Both the position numbers and the translations under genes were made by a program. Source: an uncultured Clostridia bacterium (GTDB lineage: Bacteria > Bacillota > Clostridia > TANB77 > CAG-508). From it: a stretch of DNA of 64,000 nt. The DNA lies in contig CAQPBJ010000007.1 in assembly GCA_948852945.1 (NCBI GenBank), positions 6,590 to 70,589 on the forward strand, given 5' to 3'. Shown here one piece after another: positions 1 through 10,036 of the stretch (positions within the stretch are counted from its first letter, which is position 1; every line of letters begins with the position of its first letter). The notes under the pieces are model-generated. The model saw nothing but the letters and a program-made list of their open reading frames with translations. It had not been told where the DNA came from and did not search any database.

Positions 1-182
1 GAAATCATATAAAAAGATATATGAGAGAGGCATATACTTCTTTAGAAGACAAAATAGAGTCTAATATAAACATGCTTATTATATGGAATAAAAATGTTGA
101 TCCTAAACTTGCAACTTTTTTTGAGACAAAAGAAGATTTAACGAATATTTTAAGAAAAGCTGGAAAAATAAAAGGAAATTAA
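1..182 (+). CDS. rnpA: RNase P protein component, C-terminal fragment (gene starts upstream of window)
   Basis: Frame 3 is open from the window edge to TAA at 180-182 (..NHIKRYMREAYTSLEDKI..LRKAGKIKGN*). Basic RnpA-like tail. Sits directly upstream of yidD-yidC as in the conserved rpmH-rnpA-yidD-yidC cluster. Confidence 0.6.
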   Translation, partial: NHIKRYMREAYTSLEDKIESNINMLIIWNKNVDPKLATFFETKEDLTNILRKAGKIKGN

Positions 183-401
183 ATGAAAAAGATTTCTATT
201 TTTTTATTAAATTTTTATAAGAAGAGAATATCTCCAATATTTAGTTTTAGAGGAATACATTGTAAATATTACCCAACATGTTCTGAATATATGAAACAAG
301 CAATCGAAAAATATGGATTTTTAAAAGGCTTTCTTTTAGGCGTTTGGAGATTTTTGAGGTGTAATCCTTTTTCTAAGGGAGGATATGATCCGCTAAAATA
401 A
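183..401 (+). CDS. yidD: membrane protein insertion efficiency factor YidD
   Basis: 72 aa with the characteristic CKYYPTCSEY..RCNPF..GGYDP motifs. Located between rnpA and yidC. Confidence 0.9.
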   Translation: MKKISIFLLNFYKKRISPIFSFRGIHCKYYPTCSEYMKQAIEKYGFLKGFLLGVWRFLRCNPFSKGGYDPLK

Positions 402-411
402 TGGAGGTTTT

Positions 412-1308
412 ATGGGAACAATTATTAGTTTTTTAGCAGGTATTTTTGGATATTTGTTAAATTTTATTTATTCATATGTAAATAATTATGGTTTAGCTAT
501 TATTTTATTTACTGTTGCTGTTCAAATAATTTTATTACCATTTACAATTAGACAGCAAAAAACAATGATAAAAAATAGTAAAATTCAAGCAAAAGTAAAA
601 GAATTGCAAGAAAAGTATAAAAATGATCAGATTAGACTTAGTCAAGAAACAATGGATTTGTATAAAAGAGAGAAGATGAGTCCTTGTTCTGGTTGTTTCG
701 AATCAATTATTCAGCTTATACTATTTATTTCTATATTTTACTTGGTAAGACAACCTCTTACTTATATGGAAAATATGGATAAAGCTAAGATAGATGAGTA
801 CATTAATAAATATGAAATTAGTGAACAATCAAATTATAAAGAAATTGATATTATTAGAGAAGCAAAAAAGGCAAATGATGAATCAATTTCAATAGAAATG
901 GATTTTTTAGGAATAGATTTGAGTAATATTCCATCAAGAAATTGGGGAAATCCTACAGTATATATAATTCCTGGTTTATATGTAATTTCTTCTATAATTT
1001 CTATGAAAATTACAACTTCAGCAGGAAAGAAGAAATTATCAAAAGAAGAAAAAGAAGAGGAAGAAAGAAAGAAAAGAGAGAAGAAGGCTCTTATTAAAGC
1101 TGGCGAAGAGGATGACGATGATTTCGATACAGCTGAAGCTATGAATAAACAGATGATGTTTATGATGCCAATTATGGCAGTATCAGTAGCAGCAATAGCT
1201 CCTTTAGGATTGGCTTTATATTGGCTTGTTAATAATATTACAACTACTATTCAAAGAATAATATTAACTAAAGTTATGAAATCTAAGGAGGGAGAAGATA
1301 ATGAGTAA
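412..1308 (+). CDS. yidC: YidC/Oxa1/SpoIIIJ-family membrane insertase
   Basis: 298 aa, multi-TM, LPFTIRQQKTM and C-terminal LALYWLVNN motifs. Carries a long K/E/D-rich cytoplasmic insert. Conserved synteny. Confidence 0.85.
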   Translation: MGTIISFLAGIFGYLLNFIYSYVNNYGLAIILFTVAVQIILLPFTIRQQKTMIKNSKIQAKVKELQEKYKNDQIRLSQETMDLYKREKMSPCSGCFESIIQLILFISIFYLVRQPLTYMENMDKAKIDEYINKYEISEQSNYKEIDIIREAKKANDESISIEMDFLGIDLSNIPSRNWGNPTVYIIPGLYVISSIISMKITTSAGKKKLSKEEKEEEERKKREKKALIKAGEEDDDDFDTAEAMNKQMMFMMPIMAVSVAAIAPLGLALYWLVNNITTTIQRIILTKVMKSKEGEDNE

Positions 1309-1981
1309 TATATTTGAAGGTAGAACAACAAACGAAGCAATAGAAAAAGGATTAAAAGAATTAAATCTTACTAGAAAACAGGTAGATGTAAAAATTTTAG
1401 AATCAGAAGATAAAAGAAGTTTTTTTAATATATTGACACCTAGAGTAGTAAAAGTAGAATTAATTGTAAAAGAAAATACTGAAAAAATTATTAAAAAAGA
1501 AAAAATAGAAGTTTCAGCAGAATCAGAAAAAAAAGCTGAAGAAAATATTAGAAGATTTTTAGATGAATTTATTTCAAAATTACCAACAAATGATTTAGTA
1601 TATGATATAAAACTTGATAAAAATGATTTATATGTTGATATAAAAGGTGAAGATACTGGATATTTAATAGGGTATAGAGGTAATGTTTTAAATTCATTAC
1701 AAGTTATTTTAAATAATATCGCAAATGGTGAATTAAACGAAAGAGTAAGAGTCTTACTAAATATAGGGGGATATAAAGAAAAAAGAGAAAAAGATTTAAA
1801 AGACCTCGCAGATAAAATTGCAGGAACAGTTATTAAGAAAAGAAAATCTATTACACTTGAACCAATGTCATCATATGAAAGAAAAATAATACATTCAAAA
1901 TTACAAGAAAATTCAAAAGTTGAAACACATAGTATTGGAGAAGAGCCTAATAGAAAAATAGTAGTATCATTAAAAAAATAG
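1301..1981 (+). CDS. jag: Jag/KhpB RNA-binding protein (KH + R3H domains)
   Basis: 226 aa. C-terminal EPMSSYERKIIHSKLQE..VETHSIGEEPNRKIVV is the R3H signature. Overlaps the yidC stop as in other Firmicutes. Confidence 0.85.
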   Translation: MSNIFEGRTTNEAIEKGLKELNLTRKQVDVKILESEDKRSFFNILTPRVVKVELIVKENTEKIIKKEKIEVSAESEKKAEENIRRFLDEFISKLPTNDLVYDIKLDKNDLYVDIKGEDTGYLIGYRGNVLNSLQVILNNIANGELNERVRVLLNIGGYKEKREKDLKDLADKIAGTVIKKRKSITLEPMSSYERKIIHSKLQENSKVETHSIGEEPNRKIVVSLKK

Positions 1982-1990
1982 ATATTAATG

Positions 1991-2030
1991 TGGGGTGTGC
2001 TAAGAGATAAGTGCATCCCAATTTTAATAT
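1991..2030 (+). terminator. hairpin downstream of jag
   Basis: TGGGGTGTGC (1991-2000) pairs with GTGCATCCCA (2011-2020), 10 bp including three G-U pairs on the + strand. A T-rich tail follows. Confidence 0.45.
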
Positions 2031-2327
2031 TTAATTAATTAAAATAAAAAATAGTAAAAAATTCAAAGTACTGAAAAATAAGGAAAAATTTTAAATATTA
2101 GAAAATAATTAAAAAAATATAAAAAAATAAATGTGAACAAAAAGTGGATAAAATATATAAAAAACATAAAATAAAAAATAATTCAAAAATAAAAAAGAAA
2201 ATTAATTTATATTTATTTAAATATAAATTAATAAAATAAATAATAAAAAATAAATTAAAAATAATTATTTTATTTAATAAAAATTAATTTAATTTTATTA
2301 AATAAGATTTTTAAAAAGGAGAATAAA

Positions 2328-3686
2328 ATGTCTACAATTGTTGCAATATCTACAGCACCTGGTATTGGAGGAATAGGAATAATAAGAATGAGTGGAAAAG
2401 ATTGTTTTAAAATTCTAAATAAGATTTTTAAACCAATTAATAATTCTACTGAAAAAGGTTATACAATTAAATATGGAAAAATATTTGATGGTGAAGAAAT
2501 AATAGATGAAGTATTAGTTTCATATTTTTTAGAACCAAAGAGCTATACAACTGAAAATATGTGTGAAATAAATTCTCACGGTGGAAATATAATAATGAAA
2601 AAAATATTAGATTTGTGCTTAAAAAATGGTGCAGAACTTGCAGAACCAGGGGAATTTACTAAAAGGGCATTTTTGAATGGAAGAATTGATTTAACTCAAG
2701 CCGAAGCAGTTATAGATATTATTAATAGTAAAACAGATAAAGAAGCAGAAGCATCTGTTAATCAATTAGAAGGAAATTTATCAAAAAAAATAAAAGAAAT
2801 ACGAGAAGATTTAATTGCAGGATTGGCAGATATTGAAGTTACTATTGATTATCCAGAATATGATGAGGTAGAAGTAACTAATAATAAAATAATAAAAATG
2901 TTAGAAAAAAATGAAAATAAATTAAATAAACTAGAACAAGCATTTACAAATGGTAAAATATTAAGAGAAGGAATAAAAACAGCTATAATAGGAAGACCAA
3001 ATGCCGGAAAATCATCTTTATTAAATTTATTGTTAAATGAAGAAAGAGCGATTGTAACTGATGTTGAAGGAACAACAAGAGATACGATAGAAGAATATAT
3101 AACATTAGATGGTATACCTTTTAAAGTTGTTGATACAGCAGGAATTAGAGAAACAGAAGATACAGTAGAAAAAATTGGTGTTAAAAAAGCAATAGAAATT
3201 GCGAATAAAAGTGATTTAATTATTGCTATTTTTGATATTTCAAAAGAAATAAATGATGAAGATAAAAATATATTAAATATATTAAAAAATAGAAATTCAA
3301 TTATTTTATTAAATAAAATAGATTTAAATAATTATTTAATAAATGAAGAATTATTTAAAGAGTATAGTGAAAATATAATAAAAATATCAACAAAAACGCA
3401 AGAAGGAATAGAAGATTTAATTCAGGTAATGAAAAAATTAACACAAACAGATGAAATTAATGTTGATGGGGAAAATATAGTTATAAATTCTAGACATAAG
3501 ATATCGGTTGTTAAGGCAAAAGAATCTTTAAAAAAAGCGATAGAAACATTAGAAGCAGGGATGCCAATTGATGTTATATCTATTTATATTAAGGAAATAT
3601 TAGAAGAATTAGGAAAAATTACTGGGGAAAGTGTTACAGATGATGTTATTTCTGAAATTTTTGCTAAGTTTTGTTTAGGAAAATAA
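2328..3686 (+). CDS. mnmE: tRNA modification GTPase MnmE (TrmE/ThdF)
   Basis: 452 aa. G1 GRPNAGKSSLLN, DTAGIR, and the C-terminal FCLGK tail typical of MnmE. Confidence 0.95.
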   Translation: MSTIVAISTAPGIGGIGIIRMSGKDCFKILNKIFKPINNSTEKGYTIKYGKIFDGEEIIDEVLVSYFLEPKSYTTENMCEINSHGGNIIMKKILDLCLKNGAELAEPGEFTKRAFLNGRIDLTQAEAVIDIINSKTDKEAEASVNQLEGNLSKKIKEIREDLIAGLADIEVTIDYPEYDEVEVTNNKIIKMLEKNENKLNKLEQAFTNGKILREGIKTAIIGRPNAGKSSLLNLLLNEERAIVTDVEGTTRDTIEEYITLDGIPFKVVDTAGIRETEDTVEKIGVKKAIEIANKSDLIIAIFDISKEINDEDKNILNILKNRNSIILLNKIDLNNYLINEELFKEYSENIIKISTKTQEGIEDLIQVMKKLTQTDEINVDGENIVINSRHKISVVKAKESLKKAIETLEAGMPIDVISIYIKEILEELGKITGESVTDDVISEIFAKFCLGK

Positions 3687-3725
3687 AATATATTAGAAAT
3701 ATGATAAAATTAGAGGAGAATTCAA

Positions 3726-5612
3726 ATGAGTTATTATGCAGGAAAATATGATATAGCGGTTATAGGAGCAGGTCATGCAGGTTGCGAAGCAGCATTAGCT
3801 GCTGCTAGAATGGGATTTAAAACATTAATATTTTCAATTACACTTGAATGTGTTGCAAATATGCCGTGTAATCCACATATAGGTGGATCATCTAAAGGAC
3901 ATCTAGTTAGAGAAATAGATGCTCTAGGTGGAGAAATGGGAAAAAACATAGATAAAACTTTAATACAGATAAAGATGTTAAATACTTCAAAAGGGCCAGC
4001 AGTACATTCTTTAAGAGCGCAGGCAGATAGAAAAAGATATCAAATGGAAATGAAACATACTTTAGAAAAACAGGAGAATTTGTATCTTAAACAAGGAGAA
4101 ATAGTTGACATAAAACTTGAAAACGGAAAAATAAAAGCTGTTGAAACTGATATGGGAGCAATATATGAAGTAGATAGTGTTATTTTGGCCACAGGAACGT
4201 ATTTAAAGGGAAAAATATTTGTGGGTGAATATTCATGTGAGAGTGGACCAGATGGCGTATTTCCGGCAAATAAGCTTTCAGAATGCCTAAAAAAATTAGG
4301 AATTAACATTGTTAGGTTTAAAACAGGAACACCTGCAAGAATAAATAAAAAGAGTATTGATTTTTCAAAAATGGAGCTACAAGAAGGTGATGAAGATGTT
4401 CCAGCATTTTCATTTGAAGATAAGTTAGAAAAGTTGAATCAGGAACCTTGTTATTTAACATATACTAATTCGAAAACTCATGAAATAATTAGAGAAAATT
4501 TACATAGATCTCCTTTATATGCAGGAAAAATAGAAGGTACTGGACCTAGATATTGTCCATCTATAGAAGATAAGGTGGTTAGATTTGCTGATAAAGAAAG
4601 GCATCAAATTTTCGTTGAGCCATTAGGTTTAGATACAGATGAAATGTATATTCAGGGAATGAGTTCATCTTTACCAGAAGATGTTCAAATTGCTATGTAT
4701 AGAACATTACCAGGACTTGAAAATTGTGAGTTTACTAGACCAGCATATGCTATAGAATATGATTGTATAGAACCATCACAATTAAAAAGTTCTCTAGAAA
4801 TAAAGAATATAGATGGAATGTTCTTTGCTGGTCAAATTAATGGAACATCAGGATATGAGGAAGCTGCAGCGCAGGGAATTATAGCAGGAATTAATGCTTC
4901 TTTAAAATTAAGAGGCGAAGAACCAGTAATATTAGACAGATCAGATGCTTATATAGGGGTTTTAATTGATGACATAGTTACTAAAAGTACGAATGAACCA
5001 TATAGAATGATGACTTCAAGAGCAGAATATAGGCTTTTATTAAGACAAGACAATGCAGATATGAGATTAACAGAGATAGGTCATAGAGTAGGACTTATTT
5101 CAGAAGAAAGATATCATAAATTTTTAAAGAAAAAAGAAGCGATATTTAAAGAAATCGAAAGATTGCAAAATACTATAATTAAGCCAACTAAAGAGGTTAA
5201 CGAATTATTAGAGAAAAACGGAACATCACCTTTAAATGGAGGAATTAAATTATCTGAGTTATTAAAAAGAACAGAATTAACATATAAAATATTACAAGAT
5301 ATAGATAAAGAAAGACAGGAATTACCAGAAGAAGTAATTGAAGAAGTTGAAATTATGGTAAAATATGAAGGTTATATTAAAATGCAAGAAGCACAAGTTG
5401 AAAGCTTTAAAAAATTAGAACGAAAAATTTTACCAAAAGATATTGATTATAATGATATAAAAGGTATTCGTATAGAAGGAAGACAAAAATTGAATAAAAT
5501 AAGACCTTATTCAATTGGACAAGCTTCAAGAATATCAGGAGTTTCACCAGCTGATATATCTGTTTTATTAGTGTATTTAGAACAAAGAAAATATAAAAAA
5601 GATGAGGAATAA
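3726..5612 (+). CDS. mnmG: tRNA uridine-5-carboxymethylaminomethyl synthesis enzyme MnmG (GidA)
   Basis: 628 aa. N-terminal FAD fold [19 protein letters not shown] and a GidA-type C-terminal domain. Confidence 0.95.
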   Translation: MSYYAGKYDIAVIGAGHAGCEAALAAARMGFKTLIFSITLECVANMPCNPHIGGSSKGHLVREIDALGGEMGKNIDKTLIQIKMLNTSKGPAVHSLRAQADRKRYQMEMKHTLEKQENLYLKQGEIVDIKLENGKIKAVETDMGAIYEVDSVILATGTYLKGKIFVGEYSCESGPDGVFPANKLSECLKKLGINIVRFKTGTPARINKKSIDFSKMELQEGDEDVPAFSFEDKLEKLNQEPCYLTYTNSKTHEIIRENLHRSPLYAGKIEGTGPRYCPSIEDKVVRFADKERHQIFVEPLGLDTDEMYIQGMSSSLPEDVQIAMYRTLPGLENCEFTRPAYAIEYDCIEPSQLKSSLEIKNIDGMFFAGQINGTSGYEEAAAQGIIAGINASLKLRGEEPVILDRSDAYIGVLIDDIVTKSTNEPYRMMTSRAEYRLLLRQDNADMRLTEIGHRVGLISEERYHKFLKKKEAIFKEIERLQNTIIKPTKEVNELLEKNGTSPLNGGIKLSELLKRTELTYKILQDIDKERQELPEEVIEEVEIMVKYEGYIKMQEAQVESFKKLERKILPKDIDYNDIKGIRIEGRQKLNKIRPYSIGQASRISGVSPADISVLLVYLEQRKYKKDEE

Positions 5613-6321
5613 TATGGAAGATATAAAAGATTTTATAAAAAATGAAGCAAGTAAAAATAATATAAATCTTTCAGAAAAAGAAATAGAATTATTTTATTTA
5701 TATATGAATAATTTAATAGAATGGAATCAGAAAATAAATTTAACTGCTATAAAAGAAGAAAAGGAAATTGTAATAAAACATTTTATGGATTCTATTGTAA
5801 TAAAAGATGAAATTGTAGGAAGTAGAGTGCTTGATTTGGGTTCTGGAGCAGGATTCCCAGGAATACCTTTGAAAATAGTTAATGATAAATTAGAAGTAAC
5901 TTTATTAGATGCAGTCAATAAAAAAGTTAATTTTATGAATGATACAATAGAAAAAATTAAATTAAAAAATATTGTAGCAATTCATGCAAGAGCAGAAGAG
6001 TTAGCACATGATGAAAAATATAGAGAAAAATATGATATTGTTGTTTCAAGGGCTGTTTCAAATATGACTACACTTGTGGAATATATGTTACCATTTTTAA
6101 AAAAAGGTGGAAAATGTATATGCTTAAAAGGGCCAGATGTGGATAACGAGTTAGAAGATGCAAAAAATGCAATTAGAATTTTAGGAGGAAAAATAGAGAA
6201 AAAGATGCAGTATGATTTAAATGGTAATGGACGCAGTTTAATAGTGATTTTAAAGGAAAAACACACCGAACAAATATACCCACGAAAACAAGGAAAACCT
6301 ATTAAAGAACCATTAAAATAA
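5602..6321 (+). CDS. rsmG: 16S rRNA (guanine527-N7)-methyltransferase RsmG (GidB)
   Basis: SAM motif [16 protein letters not shown] and synteny after mnmG. The true start may be the ATG at 5614 (MEDIKDF..). Confidence 0.9.
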   Translation: MRNNMEDIKDFIKNEASKNNINLSEKEIELFYLYMNNLIEWNQKINLTAIKEEKEIVIKHFMDSIVIKDEIVGSRVLDLGSGAGFPGIPLKIVNDKLEVTLLDAVNKKVNFMNDTIEKIKLKNIVAIHARAEELAHDEKYREKYDIVVSRAVSNMTTLVEYMLPFLKKGGKCICLKGPDVDNELEDAKNAIRILGGKIEKKMQYDLNGNGRSLIVILKEKHTEQIYPRKQGKPIKEPLK

Positions 6322-6336
6322 AAATTGAAAAAATAA

Positions 6337-6390
6337 TGTTCCACAGATAACCTGTTGATAACATGTTGATAATCTGTGGATATTTTTTTG
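6337..6390. promoter_or_regulatory. DnaA-box-like cluster overlapping a terminator-like hairpin
   Basis: TGTTGATAA (6353), TGTTGATAA (6364) and TGTGGATAT (6375) are direct repeats at 11-bp spacing, each 8/9 to TGTGGATAA. TGTTCCACA at 6337 is a fourth weaker box. CCACAGAT/ATCTGTGG also form an 8-bp stem followed by a T run. Confidence 0.35.
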
Positions 6391-6532
6391 CTTTTTTTAA
6401 ATTTTTGTGCAAAACTTTTTTAATTTTTAAAATAAATGAGGAAAAAAATATTAAAATTTAAAAAATAAGGGGAAAATAATTATAAATTTTATTGACAGCA
6501 GATTATAATTTTTATATTATAATAAAGAAAGA

Positions 6533-7336
6533 TTGGAGGGGATTATTTTGGGAAAGATTATTGCGATTGCTAACCAAAAAGGAGGAGTCGGAAAGACTAC
6601 AACATCAGTTAATCTAAGTGCTTTACTAGCTAAAAAAGGTAAAAAAGTTCTTTTATTAGATGCTGATCCTCAAGGAAATGCAACAAGCGGGTTAGGAGTA
6701 GAGAAAAATTTTGAAAAATCATTGTACGATGTATTAATAAATGAAGAATCTATAGAAGATACACTACAAAGTACAGTAGAAAAAAATTTAAAAATATGCC
6801 CTTCAAATGTAAATTTAGCTGGTGCAGAAGTAGAATTAGTATCACAAATGTCTAGAGAACATCGATTAAAGGAACAACTAGATACAATAAAAAATAAATT
6901 CGACTATATATTTATAGATTGTCCACCTTCATTAGGTTTAATAACATTAAATTCATTTACTGCTGCTGATTCTGTATTAATACCTGTACAATGCGAATAT
7001 TATGCATTAGAAGGATTAGGACAGCTTATTAATACGATAAATTTAGTTAAAAAACATTTAAATAAATCATTAGAAATCGAAGGTGCTATACTAACAATGT
7101 ATGATATAAGAACTAATTTATCTAATCAAGTTGTAAAGGAAGTTAAAAAATATTTTGATAACAAAGTTTATAAAACTGTTATACCAAGGAATGTAAGACT
7201 TAGCGAAGCACCAAGCTTTGGAATGCCAATAACTACTTATGATCCTAAATCTAAAGGAGCTAAAAGCTATGAAAGATTGGCAAAAGAGTTTTTGAAAATG
7301 CAAGAACCAAAGGATAAACCAAAACATATGAAATAG
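6533..7336 (+). CDS. soj: chromosome partitioning ATPase ParA/Soj
   Basis: Deviant Walker A NQKGGVGKTTT. The likely true start is TTG at 6548, behind GGAGGGG at 6535-6541. Confidence 0.9.
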   Translation: MEGIILGKIIAIANQKGGVGKTTTSVNLSALLAKKGKKVLLLDADPQGNATSGLGVEKNFEKSLYDVLINEESIEDTLQSTVEKNLKICPSNVNLAGAEVELVSQMSREHRLKEQLDTIKNKFDYIFIDCPPSLGLITLNSFTAADSVLIPVQCEYYALEGLGQLINTINLVKKHLNKSLEIEGAILTMYDIRTNLSNQVVKEVKKYFDNKVYKTVIPRNVRLSEAPSFGMPITTYDPKSKGAKSYERLAKEFLKMQEPKDKPKHMK

Positions 7337-7348
7337 GAGGAATAAAAA

Positions 7349-8188
7349 ATGGCTAAAAAGACAGGTTTAGGTAAAGGATTAGATGCACTTTTTTCTACAT
7401 CTATAGTAGAAGAACCACAAGAAAATGAGATGGTTCAGAATTTAAAGATTTCTGAAATAGAACCTAATAGAGATCAACCTAGAAGAATATTTGATGAAAC
7501 ATCATTAAATGAATTAGCAGAATCTATAAAAAATTATGGAGTAATTCAGCCAATAATAGTATCTAAAAAAGATGATTTTTATCAAATTGTAGCTGGAGAA
7601 AGAAGATGGAGAGCTTCTAAAAAGGCTGGTTTAGAAGAAATTCCAGTAATTATCAGAGAAAATGATGATAAGAAAAATAGAGAAATTGCACTTATTGAAA
7701 ATATTCAAAGAGAAGATTTAAACCCTATAGAAAAAGCTAGAGGAATAAAGCTATTAATGGATCAATATAATCTTACTCAAGCTCAGGTAGCAGAAGTGAT
7801 TGGAAAGGGAAGAAGTACAATTACTAATACTTTAAGAATATTAAATTTAGATCCAAGAGTTATTGATTTAGCTTTACAAGGAAAGCTTACAGAAGGTCAT
7901 TGTAAAGCATTATTAGGTTTTGAAAATCAAGATAAGCAATATGATATGGCTCTTTACATGATAGAGTCTGGAGATAGTGTTAGAGAAGCTGAAAAGAAGA
8001 CAAAATCTAGAAAAGCAATGCCTAAAAAGAATGAGAAATATGAACCAATTTATAGAGATATAGAAAGCAGTTTTCAAAGCTTTTTTGGTACAAAAGTAAA
8101 ATTAAATGCTGGTCAAAGAAAAGGAAAAATTATTATAGAATATGCATCAAATGATGATTTAGAGCGCATACTAGAATTGATAAAATAA
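7349..8188 (+). CDS. spo0J: chromosome partitioning protein ParB/Spo0J
   Basis: 279 aa. ParB box IVAGERRWRA, GLGKGLDALF N-terminus, and an HTH LTQAQVAEVIGKGRSTITNTLR. Confidence 0.9.
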   Translation: MAKKTGLGKGLDALFSTSIVEEPQENEMVQNLKISEIEPNRDQPRRIFDETSLNELAESIKNYGVIQPIIVSKKDDFYQIVAGERRWRASKKAGLEEIPVIIRENDDKKNREIALIENIQREDLNPIEKARGIKLLMDQYNLTQAQVAEVIGKGRSTITNTLRILNLDPRVIDLALQGKLTEGHCKALLGFENQDKQYDMALYMIESGDSVREAEKKTKSRKAMPKKNEKYEPIYRDIESSFQSFFGTKVKLNAGQRKGKIIIEYASNDDLERILELIK

Positions 8189-8200
8189 GGAGACATTTTA

Positions 8201-8680
8201 ATGGAAAGTGCTATTTTAATATGTTCAATAGCAGTTAATGTTATATTAACTGCTATTGTATTATTATTTATTTTTAAATTAAAAAAAGTAGAACAACGTT
8301 ATTCTGAATTTATATCTAATTTTAATTCTAATGAAAATATAGAGAATACTTTTAAGGAAATTAAGAAAATGGTAAATAATGTTAATGAAGAAAATAAAAT
8401 TATACATGCTAATTGTAAAAGTCTAGAAAAGCAGTTAAATGAATGCTTCCAGAATATTGGAATTGTTAAATATGATGCTTTTGATGATGTAGGAAGTAAG
8501 TTAAGTTTTGCAATTGCTTTATTAGATAATAAAGATAATGGATTCATTATAAATTCAGTATATGGCAGATCTGCTAGCAACGTATATGCTAAAAGAATAG
8601 AAAATGGAAATTCTACACAAACTTTATCAGAAGAAGAAATAAAAGCTTTAAATAAAGCAAAAGACTTGAAAAAAATATAA
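8201..8680 (+). CDS. DUF4446-family membrane-anchored protein
   Basis: 159 aa. N-terminal TM plus the IGIVKYDAFDDVGSKLSFAIALLD..GFIINSVYGR core. Usual position right after spo0J in Firmicutes. Confidence 0.7.
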   Translation: MESAILICSIAVNVILTAIVLLFIFKLKKVEQRYSEFISNFNSNENIENTFKEIKKMVNNVNEENKIIHANCKSLEKQLNECFQNIGIVKYDAFDDVGSKLSFAIALLDNKDNGFIINSVYGRSASNVYAKRIENGNSTQTLSEEEIKALNKAKDLKKI

Positions 8681-8689
8681 TAAAGTATA

Positions 8690-8718
8690 TTGACATTTAT
8701 AGTTTAATGTGTTAAATT
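8690..8718 (+). promoter_or_regulatory. sigma-A-type promoter for the tRNA-Ser pair
   Basis: TTGACA (8690-8695), 17 bp, TAAATT (8713-8718) with an upstream TGT (extended -10). About 15 nt before the tRNA 5' end. Confidence 0.55.
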
Positions 8719-8733
8719 ATTAATGTTCTTCAC

Positions 8734-8825
<92 letters not shown>

Positions 8826-8864
8826 ATGCTAGATATGAAATACTATCTAGCTTTATAATTATAC

Positions 8865-8956
8865 GGAGATTTACCCAAGTGGCTGAAGGGGACAGTTTGC
8901 TAAACTGTTAGGGTTCGTTTAGGGCCGCGAGGGTTCAAATCCCTCAATCTCCGCCA
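8865..8956 (+). tRNA. tRNA-Ser (anticodon GCU), CCA encoded
   Basis: Acceptor GGAGATT/AATCTCC. Anticodon stem ACAGT/ACTGT with loop TTGCTAA. Long variable arm. T arm GAGGG-TTCAAAT-CCCTC. Confidence 0.9.
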
Positions 8957-8957
8957 A

Positions 8958-8990
8958 CAGATAGTATAATAAAGTACTATCTGTTTTTTT
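8958..8990 (+). terminator. rho-independent terminator after the tRNA pair
   Basis: CAGATAGTA (8958-8966) pairs with TACTATCTG (8975-8983), followed by T7. Confidence 0.7.
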
Positions 8991-9628
8991 ATTTTCGGCA
9001 AATAGAATAAATTTCTAAAATAATTTTTAAAAGCGACGAGAATCTAAAAATATAATAAAAAGATAGATAGTGATGTAACTTTATTAAATAATTATAAAAA
9101 ACGAAATATGGCGATTTTAAAGCTTTAAAAAATGATGAAAAATAGTAAATATTTTATATAAAAAATAAATATAAAAAAGAGGCTTTAAAAAATTAAAAAA
9201 TAGATATTAATTATATAATAAAAAAATATATAATATTTTTGTGTATGAATTGTGGAATAAAAAAATATAAATCAAGAAATAAAATAAATTAAAAAATAAA
9301 AATTAGGAACTGTAAAAAAATAAAAAATATTAAAAAATTTAATGTAACATAAAAAGAGGTTGAAAAATAAGGAAAAAAATGAAATATATTACATAAAAAA
9401 TAAATAAATAAAAATAATTTTAAATATTAAAAAAAATAAATAAAAATAAAAAAATATTAAAAAATAATAAATAATAATAAATAATAATAAATAATTAAAA
9501 AAAATAATTATAATTAATCTAATGTAACAGAATAAATTTAATAATAATATGAAAAATTAGTTTAATGAATTTGAACAATATTTTTTTGAAAGATGATTTT
9601 GTTGTAGTTATAATTAATTAGTTTATGT

Positions 9629-9700
9629 TTGTCAAAATATTATATAAAATTAGCATTAAAAAAAGAAAAAGATATGCATATTGTTGTATCAAATTGACTA
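9629..9700 (+). promoter_or_regulatory. degenerate module copy (P0)
   Basis: TTGTCA at 9629-9634 and GACTAAAAAA at 9696, but the spacing is 65 rather than 45-47. No clear upstream box. Confidence 0.25.
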
Positions 9701-9926
9701 AAAAATAGAAATACTTTTTTGCGGAGTGTAGAATTTAGATTTTGGAGAGAAATTTTCTTAAAAGAGAAGATATGAGTTGAGTAATGTGTTTACAGATATA
9801 CAGAATTTAAAAGTAGTATATGTTCATAAGAACATTTTTTTAAATTTATTAAATTAAAATTATTCAATAAAATAAGAAATATTATAAAAAAAGAATGTTA
9901 ATTATACGCCTATAAATTTTAAAAGC

Positions 9927-10036
9927 TTGATATTAGTGGATTATATGTTTTAAAAGAAAGATAATTATTAAAAATAATTGTCAAAAAAGAAGTTCATGAT
10001 TATATGTATAAATATTTAAAGAGGAAGACAAAAAAT
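9927..10036 (+). promoter_or_regulatory. array module P1 (three-box unit with promoter-like core)
   Basis: TTGATA 9927-9932. Exact TTGTCAAAAAAGAAG 9978-9992, with 17 bp to TATATG at 10001-10006. AGACAAAAAA at 10026. Confidence 0.6.

Noticed and set aside
1264-2016. A 250-aa minus-strand ORF antisense to jag, plus similar antisense ORFs in the track. These are 4040-4309, 5727-5918, 5982-6344, 7118-7327, 8299-8580, 23588-23776, 23978-24193, 30042-30284, 30447-30707, 32387-32647, 32687-33052, 36740-37033, 37064-37333, 43842-44279, 44373-44756, 45159-45563, 46095-46331, 48267-48542, 49031-49243, 55545-55739, 56871-57347, 58943-59506, 59995-60177 and 63577-63939.
   Set aside because: Each lies entirely inside a well-supported gene on the opposite strand and has S/F/L/I-rich shadow composition. 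They are typical mirror ORFs of A-rich (purine-rich) coding strands.
6337-8200. A parS site (TGTTNCACGTGAAACA) near soj-spo0J or inside the array
   Set aside because: I found only a half-match, TGTTCCACAG, at 6337. There is no CACGTG-centred 16-mer anywhere in the soj-spo0J region or the array. The only CACGTG is at 60724, inside the peptidase fragment, with non-matching flanks.
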